Below are positions 51,162-60,722 of a DNA stretch of 64,000 nt, piece after piece; position 1 is the first letter of the stretch, and every line of letters begins with the position of its first letter. The notes beneath the pieces are model-generated. The model had not been told where the DNA came from. It was given only the letters and a program-made list of their open reading frames with translations, and did no database searches. Source of the stretch: Minisyncoccota bacterium (GTDB lineage: Bacteria > Patescibacteriota > Minisyncoccia > Phycocordibacterales > PALSA-1337). The stretch lies in NCBI GenBank assembly GCA_041663145.1, contig JBAZRG010000001.1, positions 254,984 through 318,983 of the forward strand, given 5' to 3'. The position numbers were made by a program, and so were the translations under genes.

Positions 51162-52565
51162 TTACAATTGATCGATCATTGTTCGCTGAATGTTTTCGGC
51201 TTTAACCATCACACTATTGCCATAAAAAGCGTTTTTAGGAGCATTCCAATTTCCTCCAGCATAATATCGTAGTGCTGCCGTTCTCTCCGCAGTATATGTC
51301 TGTTTGGCGGCACCCAAATCCGTCAGATACATAGCCGAGGCCATAAAAGCATGTTCCGGGAACCAAGGGTTGGGCATACCTGATATTCCCAATAATTTCG
51401 CTACCCTATCTGCAACACTACTCACCCATGTCGATGGTATAAATTGAGCCGGTCCCATCGCTCCACCGTACCCACCAGTCGATAGAGGACAAGAGACGAG
51501 AGTTGCATAAGGATCGAGACCGAGCTCGTTGGTAATGGAAAGAAACGGTGCAACGTCTCTATCTGGCTTCATAACATTTGCTATTGGTGTTTTTGTGGTA
51601 ATTTTGATTCCAGCACCAGTGTCTTTATTTGCCAGATAACAAGAACCGACATATTTACCAAAAGTCGCATCTTTATCGAGACTTGATTCTTGAGCAAAAA
51701 TTGCCAAGAGAAATGCCGGTCGTATTCCTGTCCTCTTTTCGGCTTCAAGAGCATATTTGTACGCATCACCAAAAGGTATTTCAATAGCTCCAGCCAACTG
51801 GAACAGACTGGCCCTGATCATTGCCGCTTTGGCCTGTTTTTCAGCCAACAGCGTGGCATATGACTTTTCACTACCCTTACTCAAAGCCAAAAGTTTTTGT
51901 TTCTCTTTTTGATTTGCCGCTATGTTCTTTTGCTCCTGCTGTATCTCATATCTTGCGTCGATCTCGGCATTTCTTCGTTTATCAAGATCATTTTTTTCCG
52001 TAGTCGTTTCGTCCTGATCTGATCGCAATTGTTCGAAAGTACTTTTGAGTCCAGTTTGAACTGATTCGAAATAATCAATATCTTCGAAAAATTCAGACAA
52101 GTCCGATTGGGACAATAACATTTCCGGTACCGAATACTGATCCAACTCATTTGTCTTGCGCAATAAAACTGCCAAAGATTCTTTGCCTTTAGTGATTCGC
52201 ACCTCCAATTCATCGATGTGACTCTGTTTTTGATTTATGTCCTGACCAAGAGTCTGAATGCGCAGATTTTTTGCTTTGATATTGAGCTCGGCGGTCTTGA
52301 TTTTGGCGGTCAAAATAGCAATGTCTCGTGATAGTGAGGCACTTTGCCCCTTAGCAGTAGCTAGGTCTTTTTCAGCTTGTTTTTGTTCGGCCAGGACTTG
52401 TTCGAGAGCCTCTTCACAGGCAATCTTTTCAGCCGCAGTCTTACAGCTCATCGTTTCCGCATTTGAAATGTTGGCGAAAAATAAGGATGAAAAACAAACA
52501 ACCAGAAGCCCATACACGAGAAAGGTGGGCTTAAAGAAGTATTTCTTCATTGGATATACTGACAT
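51162..52565 (-). CDS. Coiled-coil protein with C-terminal lytic transglycosylase domain
   Basis: Signal peptide, long coiled coil, QES, GAMGPAQFIPSTW. Confidence 0.85.
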   Translation of the reverse strand: MSVYPMKKYFFKPTFLVYGLLVVCFSSLFFANISNAETMSCKTAAEKIACEEALEQVLAEQKQAEKDLATAKGQSASLSRDIAILTAKIKTAELNIKAKNLRIQTLGQDINQKQSHIDELEVRITKGKESLAVLLRKTNELDQYSVPEMLLSQSDLSEFFEDIDYFESVQTGLKSTFEQLRSDQDETTTEKNDLDKRRNAEIDARYEIQQEQKNIAANQKEKQKLLALSKGSEKSYATLLAEKQAKAAMIRASLFQLAGAIEIPFGDAYKYALEAEKRTGIRPAFLLAIFAQESSLDKDATFGKYVGSCYLANKDTGAGIKITTKTPIANVMKPDRDVAPFLSITNELGLDPYATLVSCPLSTGGYGGAMGPAQFIPSTWVSSVADRVAKLLGISGMPNPWFPEHAFMASAMYLTDLGAAKQTYTAERTAALRYYAGGNWNAPKNAFYGNSVMVKAENIQRTMIDQL

Positions 52566-52628
52566 TATGATATTATAACCTATTTGGAGAATGGTTTGTG
52601 GCTTTTTGTGGCTTTTCCTGATCAACTA

Positions 52629-53339
52629 CTATTTATCAGCTTTTTTCTCTGACTTTTCTGATTTGTCTGACTTCTCCGCTACTGGTGCCTCGGCACCACC
52701 TTCGCCTTCCTTTACTTCTTTGCCCTTGGCCTCTACTTCGATAGCTGACATATCTATAGCGGCTGGAGCTTCTTCGACTTCTTCCTTGGCAACTGAGATA
52801 GAAGCCACGATTTCTTCGGCTGGAATCTTGAGTTCAACACCGGATGGAAGTGGAAGATCTTTGACCTGAATAACGTCGGTCAATTCTACGAGTTTGGAAA
52901 TATCAACAATAATATTTTGTGGCAAATCTCGAGGTGCAGCCTCAATGTCTAGGTCACGGCGAACTTTGACCAAGATTCCACCTTTATCCTTTACAGCTGA
53001 TGAGACACCTTCGAATACGAGAGGTACTGCAACATTTACCTTCTTGCCCTTTTCTATGACATAAAAGTCCGCATGTCGTGGTTCTCCCGATACCGGATGC
53101 ACGTCAACATCATGAATCAAAACCTCATGTTCATTGGCTTTATCATCCTTAAGAATAATAACTGAAGATTCTCCAGCCTTCTTCCAAACCTTTTTGAATT
53201 CAACTGTAGAAACAGTGATCGAAGTCGAAGGCTCCTTTGGACCGTAAAAAACAGCCGGTATTTTGCCGGATTGTCGCAAAGCATCATTCTTTGCCTTCAT
53301 ATCCCTCTTTTCTATAACCAAAGATAACATAGCGGACAT
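52629..53339 (-). CDS. rplY: 50S ribosomal protein L25/Ctc
   Basis: LR..GKIPAVFYG, HADFY, acidic tail. Confidence 0.93.
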   Translation of the reverse strand: MSAMLSLVIEKRDMKAKNDALRQSGKIPAVFYGPKEPSTSITVSTVEFKKVWKKAGESSVIILKDDKANEHEVLIHDVDVHPVSGEPRHADFYVIEKGKKVNVAVPLVFEGVSSAVKDKGGILVKVRRDLDIEAAPRDLPQNIIVDISKLVELTDVIQVKDLPLPSGVELKIPAEEIVASISVAKEEVEEAPAAIDMSAIEVEAKGKEVKEGEGGAEAPVAEKSDKSEKSEKKADK

Positions 53340-53414
53340 TATACATGTCCAAGGAAAAAACTCAAGGTTTACCCCACTTGATATATCTCAAATTTTGTAA
53401 TACAATAGCCCATT

Positions 53415-53987
53415 ATGAATCCAGAGCCTGCAGGAGAAGTAAAGAAAAACGGCTTATGGCAGACGCTTCGTGAATGGTTATTTGTCATCGTGAGCGCCAT
53501 TATCATCTCCATTCCTATACGCTATTTTATCGCCGAACCGTTCATCGTAAATGGCGCCTCGATGGACCCCACTTTCGCGACCGGACAGTTCCTTATCGTC
53601 GATCGTTTGTCATACAGATTTGAAGAACCGAAACGCGGTGACGTGATCGTATTCCAATATCCAAATAACCCGAGTACTTACTACATCAAGCGCATCATAG
53701 GTCTGCCCGGAGAATCACTTCACATCAAAGATGGTCACGTGACCATAGCATCATCGACTTTGCATGAAGAAATAAATCTCGATGAACCGTATATCTCATC
53801 ATCTCATCTTTCGAAAGATTATTTGGATGTCACTTTAACTGACACAGAATATTTCGTCATGGGCGACAATCGTACCCAAAGCTATGATTCGAGAGTCTGG
53901 GGACCACTCGATCGTGATCTTATCGTCGGCAGACCGATAGTTCGACTTTTCCCTATAACATCATTATCCATATTACCGGGTAAATAA
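53415..53987 (+). CDS. lepB: Signal peptidase I
   Basis: GASMDPT, YIKRIIGLPGE, GDNR..S.DSR.WG. Confidence 0.95.
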   Translation: MNPEPAGEVKKNGLWQTLREWLFVIVSAIIISIPIRYFIAEPFIVNGASMDPTFATGQFLIVDRLSYRFEEPKRGDVIVFQYPNNPSTYYIKRIIGLPGESLHIKDGHVTIASSTLHEEINLDEPYISSSHLSKDYLDVTLTDTEYFVMGDNRTQSYDSRVWGPLDRDLIVGRPIVRLFPITSLSILPGK

Positions 53988-53999
53988 TCAGAAAACATC

Positions 54000-55262
54000 A
54001 TGTCCAGTAACAAAAAAAATAATTCCGGTAATACTAGATTCATCTCCTGTGATCATCTCGATAAGATTGGAGAGATATCCGTTTATTACGGCTTTGATCC
54101 CAAAAAAAGCCCAACCATAACCAAAGAAGACCTCGATGCAGTCAAAGATATCTTAGAATCAGACTATATCGATGATGATATCGAAAAACACGCTCGTCTA
54201 CCTCTTCATGCAGAAGAAAAGATCGCTATCATACGCACATATCACGAAGAAAATATGTATGCGCTCGCACAACCAGTTATGTTTTACTTTAAGGATCCAT
54301 GTCGCATGAATTCATCGACGAGCAAAATCGCAAAACATGCTTATCATCGTTATGCCGATCTCGAAATCCTCGGTGCATCTGGACCGATCGCCGAAGCAAC
54401 ACTCATTCAGTCCGCTCGGGCGATGTTATATGAAGAAGGATTTTTGAATACTGCAGTCGAGATCAATTCTATTGGTGATCGTGATTCTATTGCCCGTTTT
54501 ACTCGTGAATTGACCTCTTACTATCGCAAGAATCTAAATGACATGACTGCCGAAGCAAGACAATTGCTCAAAAAAGATCCATTTGAGCTTCTATCATGTC
54601 GCGATGAATCCGTAAAAACTTTGAATGCTGGCGCACCAAAAGCTCTTGATTTCCTAACAGAAGTCAGCAGAAGACATCTCGAGGAAGTTTTGGAATATCT
54701 GGAAACCTTGGGAATTCCCTACAAGATCAACAACGGACTCATCGGCAATCGCAAATATTGTGCCGAAACAGTCTTTGTTATAGTGAACAGCGATAAAGAA
54801 GAAAAGAAAAATCAGATTCAAAGAATATTGGCGGTTGGAGTACGCTACAATGGTCTGGCAAAGCGACTCGGTATGAAGCGTGATATTCAAGGTATCGGTA
54901 TATCATTGCTCATCAAAGAGAGCAAAAATGGCATGAGGAAACCTGTTGCAAAGATCAAAAGACCGATCGCTTCTTTTGTCCAGCTTGGCCTCGAATCGAA
55001 ACTACTTTCACTCGATGTTATCGAGCGTCTCCGTAAAGTGAAGATCCCGTTATACGCTTCCCTAGCCAAAGATCGCCTCGGTGCCCAAGTTTCGACCACA
55101 GAAAGATTCAATGCCCCTTATGTGATCGTTATGGGCAAGAAAGAGGCCATGGATCGTACGACCATCGTTCGCAAAAATGACACTCATTCCCAAGACATAG
55201 TCCCAATCGAAGATTTGCCAAAATATATGAAGAAAGTTGAGGAACAATTGCAGAAGAAGTAA
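54000..55262 (+). CDS. Degenerate HisRS-like protein with anticodon-binding domain
   Basis: HisRS-like layout (EINSIGD, HLEEVLEYL, GVRYNGL, C-terminal HGTP domain); catalytic motifs eroded. Confidence 0.7.
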   Translation: MSSNKKNNSGNTRFISCDHLDKIGEISVYYGFDPKKSPTITKEDLDAVKDILESDYIDDDIEKHARLPLHAEEKIAIIRTYHEENMYALAQPVMFYFKDPCRMNSSTSKIAKHAYHRYADLEILGASGPIAEATLIQSARAMLYEEGFLNTAVEINSIGDRDSIARFTRELTSYYRKNLNDMTAEARQLLKKDPFELLSCRDESVKTLNAGAPKALDFLTEVSRRHLEEVLEYLETLGIPYKINNGLIGNRKYCAETVFVIVNSDKEEKKNQIQRILAVGVRYNGLAKRLGMKRDIQGIGISLLIKESKNGMRKPVAKIKRPIASFVQLGLESKLLSLDVIERLRKVKIPLYASLAKDRLGAQVSTTERFNAPYVIVMGKKEAMDRTTIVRKNDTHSQDIVPIEDLPKYMKKVEEQLQKK

Positions 55263-55285
55263 GTTCATGTTAATATCCTCACATC

Positions 55286-55534
55286 ATGATCAATGCTGAA
55301 GTAACTAGAAATCCTGGAGAAAACGCTATGGGCGTTGTTCGCCGTTTTAGCCGTAAAGTCCAAAGCTCGGGAGTCATACCTCGCAAACGAAGTCTTCGTT
55401 TCAGTGGTCGCACCCAATCCCATTACAAAGTCAAAATGCGTACTTTAACCTTGATAAAACGTCGAGCTCATATGGCCGAACTCGTCAAATTGGGCAAAGC
55501 TCCTATAAAGCCAGTACGCGGTGGACGCAAGTAA
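55286..55534 (+). CDS. Divergent ribosomal protein bS21-like protein
   Basis: EV.R..GE.....RRF.RKVQ.SG; small and basic. Confidence 0.6.
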   Translation: MINAEVTRNPGENAMGVVRRFSRKVQSSGVIPRKRSLRFSGRTQSHYKVKMRTLTLIKRRAHMAELVKLGKAPIKPVRGGRK

Positions 55535-55539
55535 AACTC

Positions 55540-55920
55540 GTGAAAAGAGTAACTGTCATAAATGAAACAAACGCCACGCCTCCGCGCGTGGCGTTTGATC
55601 AAATAAAAAATGAATCTTTAGGTGATGAGTATGCCCTAAATGTCATATTCACTACCTCTTCCCGTATCAAACACTTAAATACTATATATCGAGACAAAAC
55701 CAAAGCGACCGACATTCTATCTTTCCCTATTTCAGATGATGAAGGTGAGATATACATTTGCCTTGACGAAGTCCGTAATGAAGCGAAAAAATTTGACCGG
55801 ACATACGAAAATTTCCTGTCATTTTTGTTTATTCACGGCTGTACCCATTTGAAAGGTTTCGATCATGGCGCTACAATGGAGAGTGAAGAAATGAAACTGC
55901 GCGAAAGATTCAATATCTAG
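55540..55920 (+). CDS. ybeY: rRNA maturation endoribonuclease YbeY
   Basis: LN..YR.K.K.TDILSF, GEIYI, HG..HL.GFDH. Confidence 0.93.
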   Translation: MKRVTVINETNATPPRVAFDQIKNESLGDEYALNVIFTTSSRIKHLNTIYRDKTKATDILSFPISDDEGEIYICLDEVRNEAKKFDRTYENFLSFLFIHGCTHLKGFDHGATMESEEMKLRERFNI

Positions 55921-55948
55921 TTCAAGCATTTCATACCTTTCACCACTC

Positions 55949-57130
55949 ATGGCAAGAAATATATTAACAGGTATAGACGTCGGCACTTACCATGTCAAAG
56001 TTGTCATAGCTACGACAGCGGAAAAAAATGACAAAGGTCTACCGAAAGTACTAGGCAGTGGCATTTCAGAATCCCGTGGTCTTCGTCATGGCTACGTGAC
56101 CAATGTTCGCAGTGTAGCGGCAAGTATTCGAAGTGCTGTAGCCAACGCAGAAGAAAAAGCTGGAATAAAAATCAAAAAAGCTTTCGTGGGTGTTTCCGGA
56201 ATCGGTCTTTCAGCTTCAACAGTCACAAGTACTGTTATGACTTCCCGGGCTGATGCGGAGATCACGGCTCTCGACATAGACAAGCTCCACAAACAGTGTG
56301 AAAAAGATATCCCTCATGCGCAGTCCGCAAATAGACGCATCATTTACGACATCCCTTTGCAATACAAAATAGACGGTTTCCCTTCTCTCGGATCACCGGA
56401 GGGAATGAAAGGAAATAAAATCGATCTAAAGATGTTATTCATCACTTGTCTCGATCATCATGTCGCTGATCTTATCGCCGCAGTCAACGAGGCTGGTATC
56501 GAAGTCGAGGATGTCATGGCCGCGCCTATTGCTGCCGGTTTTGTTACATTATCAAAATCACAAAAAGTCGCCGGATCGGTCTTGGCAAATATCGGAGCCG
56601 AAACAGTTTCGATCGCTGTATTCGAAAATAACATTCCCACATCACTCGAAGTCTTCCCTATCGGCTCAACCGATATTACAAACGATATAGCACTCGGTCT
56701 CAAAGTTCCTCTCGAAGAAGCTGAACAGATCAAGATCGGCGCTATCACAGGGAGTTCATATCCACGAAAAAAATTGGAAGAAATAATATCAGCTCGACTA
56801 TACGATATATTTGACCTCATAGACGCTCATTTGAAAAAGATCAATAGAAATGGTCTCCTGCCTGCTGGCATTGTCATCACCGGTGGTGGATCTGGTCTGA
56901 CTTCGATAGATGAAATAGCCAAAGCGGCTCTAAAACTACCATCCAGAATCGGATCTATGGGTATTCTCGAAGGAAAATCTTCGTTCAAAGATGCTACATG
57001 GGCTGTCGCCTACGGACTATGTATTTGGGGAGTACAGACCGAGGAAGGTCCAGAGATCGATCGATCAACAGAATTCGTAAAACATGCATGGAAAGTTGTA
57101 AGCCGTTGGTTTAGTCAGTTCCTGCCATAG
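55949..57130 (+). CDS. ftsA: Cell division protein FtsA
   Basis: GIDVGT..VK, ITNDIA, GIVITGGGS. Confidence 0.93.
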   Translation: MARNILTGIDVGTYHVKVVIATTAEKNDKGLPKVLGSGISESRGLRHGYVTNVRSVAASIRSAVANAEEKAGIKIKKAFVGVSGIGLSASTVTSTVMTSRADAEITALDIDKLHKQCEKDIPHAQSANRRIIYDIPLQYKIDGFPSLGSPEGMKGNKIDLKMLFITCLDHHVADLIAAVNEAGIEVEDVMAAPIAAGFVTLSKSQKVAGSVLANIGAETVSIAVFENNIPTSLEVFPIGSTDITNDIALGLKVPLEEAEQIKIGAITGSSYPRKKLEEIISARLYDIFDLIDAHLKKINRNGLLPAGIVITGGGSGLTSIDEIAKAALKLPSRIGSMGILEGKSSFKDATWAVAYGLCIWGVQTEEGPEIDRSTEFVKHAWKVVSRWFSQFLP

Positions 57131-57150
57131 TCATATCTACAAAATACTTC

Positions 57151-57696
57151 ATGGTTTTACCTGGACACATCGCCGGAGGATACCTCATCACAAAAGCATT
57201 GTTCAGTATTGCTCCACCATCTTTGTCACCGGAAGAAATTTCCATTTTATTATTTCTAGGGACAATATCGGGAGAAATACCGGATATAGATCTCATCTTC
57301 AGTCTATCAACAAAATATTTTAAAAGTAAATTTTTAAAATTTGATCATCGGGAACACATCACTCATGCTCCAATATTTTGGTTCACACTTTGCTTATTCA
57401 TGTTATTTGTCGGATATGTATCCGACTCTACGTTTGTAGTCTGGGCAAGTGTAGCTATATTTTTGGGAACAATGTCGCATTTTCTATTGGACAGCATCGA
57501 GTATGGTATTCGCTGGTTATGGCCGTTCACCAAAAGAAGATACGCCCTCATAGCAAACCCTAATGCAAATAGACCACGAGAACCGGTCACTGTATTCTAT
57601 TATTTGAATTATATAAAAACAGAATACATAGTTAGATTTTCCTTTTACGCTGAAATCGCAATCACTATAATAGCCATCATTGTTTTCTTAAGGTAA
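57151..57696 (+). CDS. Membrane-bound metal-dependent hydrolase (YdjM-like)
   Basis: GH, PDID, HR..THAP, SHFLLD, WLWPF. Confidence 0.85.
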   Translation: MVLPGHIAGGYLITKALFSIAPPSLSPEEISILLFLGTISGEIPDIDLIFSLSTKYFKSKFLKFDHREHITHAPIFWFTLCLFMLFVGYVSDSTFVVWASVAIFLGTMSHFLLDSIEYGIRWLWPFTKRRYALIANPNANRPREPVTVFYYLNYIKTEYIVRFSFYAEIAITIIAIIVFLR

Positions 57697-57711
57697 GACT
57701 GAGGATCAAAG

Positions 57712-57757
57712 TAAGCCCCTCACATCCTTATTTTGTATTCCGAGAATAATCTGCGGA
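57712..57757. repeat. Truncated family C end
   Basis: cacatccttattttgtattccgagaataatctgcg matches the reverse complement of the right arm of 13570-13740. Confidence 0.75.
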
Positions 57758-57771
57758 CTTTATGTCGTATT

Positions 57772-57916
57772 ACCCCCAACATAATGTTCCCGAAACAATC
57801 CGAGTTGCGATTGAGCTTCGAAAAATTACCCGTGTTTGGTGAAGCCTTGGAACCAAACACGGTTGTAATTTGAGAAGCGATTACGAGGATTGTGGCGGGA
57901 ACATTATGTTGGGGGT
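57772..57916. mobile_element. MITE-like family B copy 3
   Basis: Same TIRs and core as the copies at 15698 and 42332. Confidence 0.85.
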
Positions 57917-57985
57917 TATACGATTATTTGATTTTACTTGTGTCTTCTAACTCCTGTGTTAATATACAACCTATCCAATACTTAT

Positions 57986-59176
57986 ATGCCAAACATCACT
58001 CCAGAAATCGAAGCATTTGCCCGTATTAAAGTCCTCGGTGTCGGTGGATCCGGAATGAATGCAGTAAATCATATGATCGCGTGCAAAGTCCGTGGTGTCG
58101 ATTTTATGGCTATAAATACCGATTCTCAGGACTTACATCGCTCTCTCGCAAAGAAACGCATACATATCGGTAAGAATCTCACTCGCGGACTCGGTACTGG
58201 CATGAATCCAGAATTAGGTAGGAGAGCCGTCGAAGAAACAAAAGATGAAATTCAAGATGCAGTAAAAGGTGCTGATATGGTATTTGTGACTTGTGGCCTA
58301 GGTGGCGGCACAGGTAGTGGTGCCAGTCCGCTAGTTGCCCGCACCGCAAAAGAGCTCGGTTGTCTCACCGTAGCCGTCGTTACAAAACCATTCTATTTCG
58401 AAGGTCGCCAGAGATCACGTATCGCCGAAGCGGCACTCGAAGAACTTCGTAAAGAAGTCGACGCTATCATCGTCATACCGAACGACAGACTTTTGTCAGC
58501 TATCGACAAGACCACCACGGCAAAAAATGCTTTCGTAATGTGTGATGAAATACTCCGACAAGCAGTCGAAGGAATCTCCGACCTCATCACCACTCCGGGT
58601 CTTATCAACATCGACTTCGCTGATATCCGAACTGTCATGGAAAATGCCGGATCGGCACTTATGGGTATCGGCTCAGCCTCAGGTGAAAATCGAGCCATTG
58701 AAGCCGCCAAGGGTGCCATCAACTCGCCTCTTCTCGACGTATCCATTGCCGGAGCAAAAGGCGTACTATTCTCTATCGCCGGCGGTGAAGACTTGACCAT
58801 GTTTGAAATCCAGGATGCAGCAAAGGTCATCACCGAATCCATCGATCCTGAAGCCAAGATCATATTTGGTACCGTGAGAGACGATAAGCTCAAGAAAAAC
58901 GAAATCAAGATTACCGTCATTGCCACTGGTTTTCCCGAAGGAGTCATAACAAGTAAGTCTTCATCAACAAATACAATCACCGAATCTCCAGCAACTCCAC
59001 TCATGAAAGGCATGGAGCGAGGCAAGATCTTCAATCCAGCACCGAGTCAAAACCGCGAGGCTGTAGGAGGCCAAAAAGTTGAAGTCAAACGTGATGTTAA
59101 GCCAGAAGAAAAGGAGAAGGATGACGATGATTGGGGTGCGATTCCGGCCTTTTTGAGACGATCAAGATTGAAATAG
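57986..59176 (+). CDS. ftsZ: Cell division protein FtsZ
   Basis: GVGGSG.NAV, GGGTGSG, NIDFAD, C-terminal IPAFLRR. Confidence 0.98.
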   Translation: MPNITPEIEAFARIKVLGVGGSGMNAVNHMIACKVRGVDFMAINTDSQDLHRSLAKKRIHIGKNLTRGLGTGMNPELGRRAVEETKDEIQDAVKGADMVFVTCGLGGGTGSGASPLVARTAKELGCLTVAVVTKPFYFEGRQRSRIAEAALEELRKEVDAIIVIPNDRLLSAIDKTTTAKNAFVMCDEILRQAVEGISDLITTPGLINIDFADIRTVMENAGSALMGIGSASGENRAIEAAKGAINSPLLDVSIAGAKGVLFSIAGGEDLTMFEIQDAAKVITESIDPEAKIIFGTVRDDKLKKNEIKITVIATGFPEGVITSKSSSTNTITESPATPLMKGMERGKIFNPAPSQNREAVGGQKVEVKRDVKPEEKEKDDDDWGAIPAFLRRSRLK

Positions 59177-59206
59177 TCTTGCATTATTAATATTAGTTCT
59201 TCATTT

Positions 59207-60133
59207 ATGATATATGACCTTACTGTGATCGGCGGTGGTCCTGCAGGAGCGGCTGCATCAGTATATGCGGCACGCAAAAGACTCCGTTCTATTGTGATTG
59301 CAAAAGACTGGCTCGGTCAAAGCAATGTCTCGGAAAAGATCGAGAACTGGATAGGCACTGTTGCCATTTCAGGTCTTGAACTATCACAATCACTCGAAAA
59401 ACACGCCAAGGCTTACAGCAAAGATACTTTGGATTTCAAAGATGGTGAGATGTGTCTAAATATTTCCCAAAATAAATCTGACAATATTTTTGATATCAAA
59501 ACAAATAAAGGATCATATAGATCAAAGACGGTTCTCATTTCAGCAGGCAGTCATAGAAGAAAATTGAATGTTCCCGGTGCCGACATATTCGAACATAAGG
59601 GACTGACTTATTGCGCTACTTGCGACGGACCTATGTACTCAGATCAGAATGTTGTGGTTGTGGGTGGAGGTAATGCCGGCTTTGAAAGCGCCGCCCAACT
59701 ACTCGCCTATTGCAAAAGTGTCACATTATTGTCCAGAAGCAATTTCAAGGCAGATCCAGGGACAATAGAAAAAGTGAAAAGCAATCCAAAGATGATTGCT
59801 ATCGAGTATGCAATACCAAAGGAAATAAAAGGTGACAAATTCGTCTCTTCGATTATCTATACCGATACAAAGACAAACAAAGATCATGAATTAAAAGTTA
59901 CGGGAGTTTTTGCTGAGATCGGATCGATACCAAATACGGAATTCGCAAAAGATCTTGTTAAGATGGATCCGTTAAATAGAATCATTGTTGACGCTAAAAA
60001 TCAAAAAACATCGATGGAAGGTATTTGGGCTGCCGGCGATTGTACTGATGGACTCTATCATCAAAACAACATAGCTGCTGGTGATGCAGTCAAAGCCGTA
60101 GAAGATATCTATCTTTGGATTCATGCAAAATGA
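59207..60133 (+). CDS. Thioredoxin reductase/AhpF-like disulfide oxidoreductase
   Basis: GGGPAG, CATCD, GGGNAG, WAAGD. Confidence 0.9.
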   Translation: MIYDLTVIGGGPAGAAASVYAARKRLRSIVIAKDWLGQSNVSEKIENWIGTVAISGLELSQSLEKHAKAYSKDTLDFKDGEMCLNISQNKSDNIFDIKTNKGSYRSKTVLISAGSHRRKLNVPGADIFEHKGLTYCATCDGPMYSDQNVVVVGGGNAGFESAAQLLAYCKSVTLLSRSNFKADPGTIEKVKSNPKMIAIEYAIPKEIKGDKFVSSIIYTDTKTNKDHELKVTGVFAEIGSIPNTEFAKDLVKMDPLNRIIVDAKNQKTSMEGIWAAGDCTDGLYHQNNIAAGDAVKAVEDIYLWIHAK

Positions 60134-60160
60134 TTTCTGCATAATTCCTGCACATTGTCT

Positions 60161-60547
60161 TTAGTCGTTGATTGAGAAAGTCCTGTTTCCTTTCGATATT
60201 ATGCCCTCCAGATTTGCCGTTGCTTCATAACTGAAATTACCTTCAAGGTCATTGGTCACGTCTGCATGACAGCCAAATTGACGAATTTCTATACTCCCAC
60301 TCATGAAATAATCTTTCATAGACATTATCTCCAGTGCATCGAGACATGCAGTGAGATTGAGTCGGGACTGAATTCTTAATTCCCTTTTGTTGACACTCTC
60401 CGAATATGACAAAATCGCGGACATTGTAATCAAGGAAAATGATAATCCGCCCACAACCAAGACAAGCACCGCGGAAAGCGCCAAAAATCCCGAACTTGCG
60501 ACTTTACTTAAGGATCTCGAATTATTATTACCGATCTTGTTGTTCAT
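60161..60547 (-). CDS. Minor pilin-like (PilX-like) protein
   Basis: G-F followed by a hydrophobic N-terminal helix; in the pilus operon. Confidence 0.6.
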   Translation of the reverse strand: MNNKIGNNNSRSLSKVASSGFLALSAVLVLVVGGLSFSLITMSAILSYSESVNKRELRIQSRLNLTACLDALEIMSMKDYFMSGSIEIRQFGCHADVTNDLEGNFSYEATANLEGIISKGNRTFSIND

Positions 60548-60722
60548 CGATGATCTCGTTTATAAGCTCATAATTTCCCGTGTGCAATTCGGAGGAATAT
60601 TTGATAAATGTGACCATCAATAAGGACAACAACATGCAATAAATAATGACTTCGACGAGTGTCATGCCTCGCACGACGATGTTTGTTGCGATAAATCCTT
60701 TTTTATATTTATTGATCTCCAT
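60528..60722 (-). CDS. Short prepilin-like protein
   Basis: RGMTLVEVIIY class III signal. Confidence 0.6.
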   Translation of the reverse strand: MEINKYKKGFIATNIVVRGMTLVEVIIYCMLLSLLMVTFIKYSSELHTGNYELINEIIDEQQDR

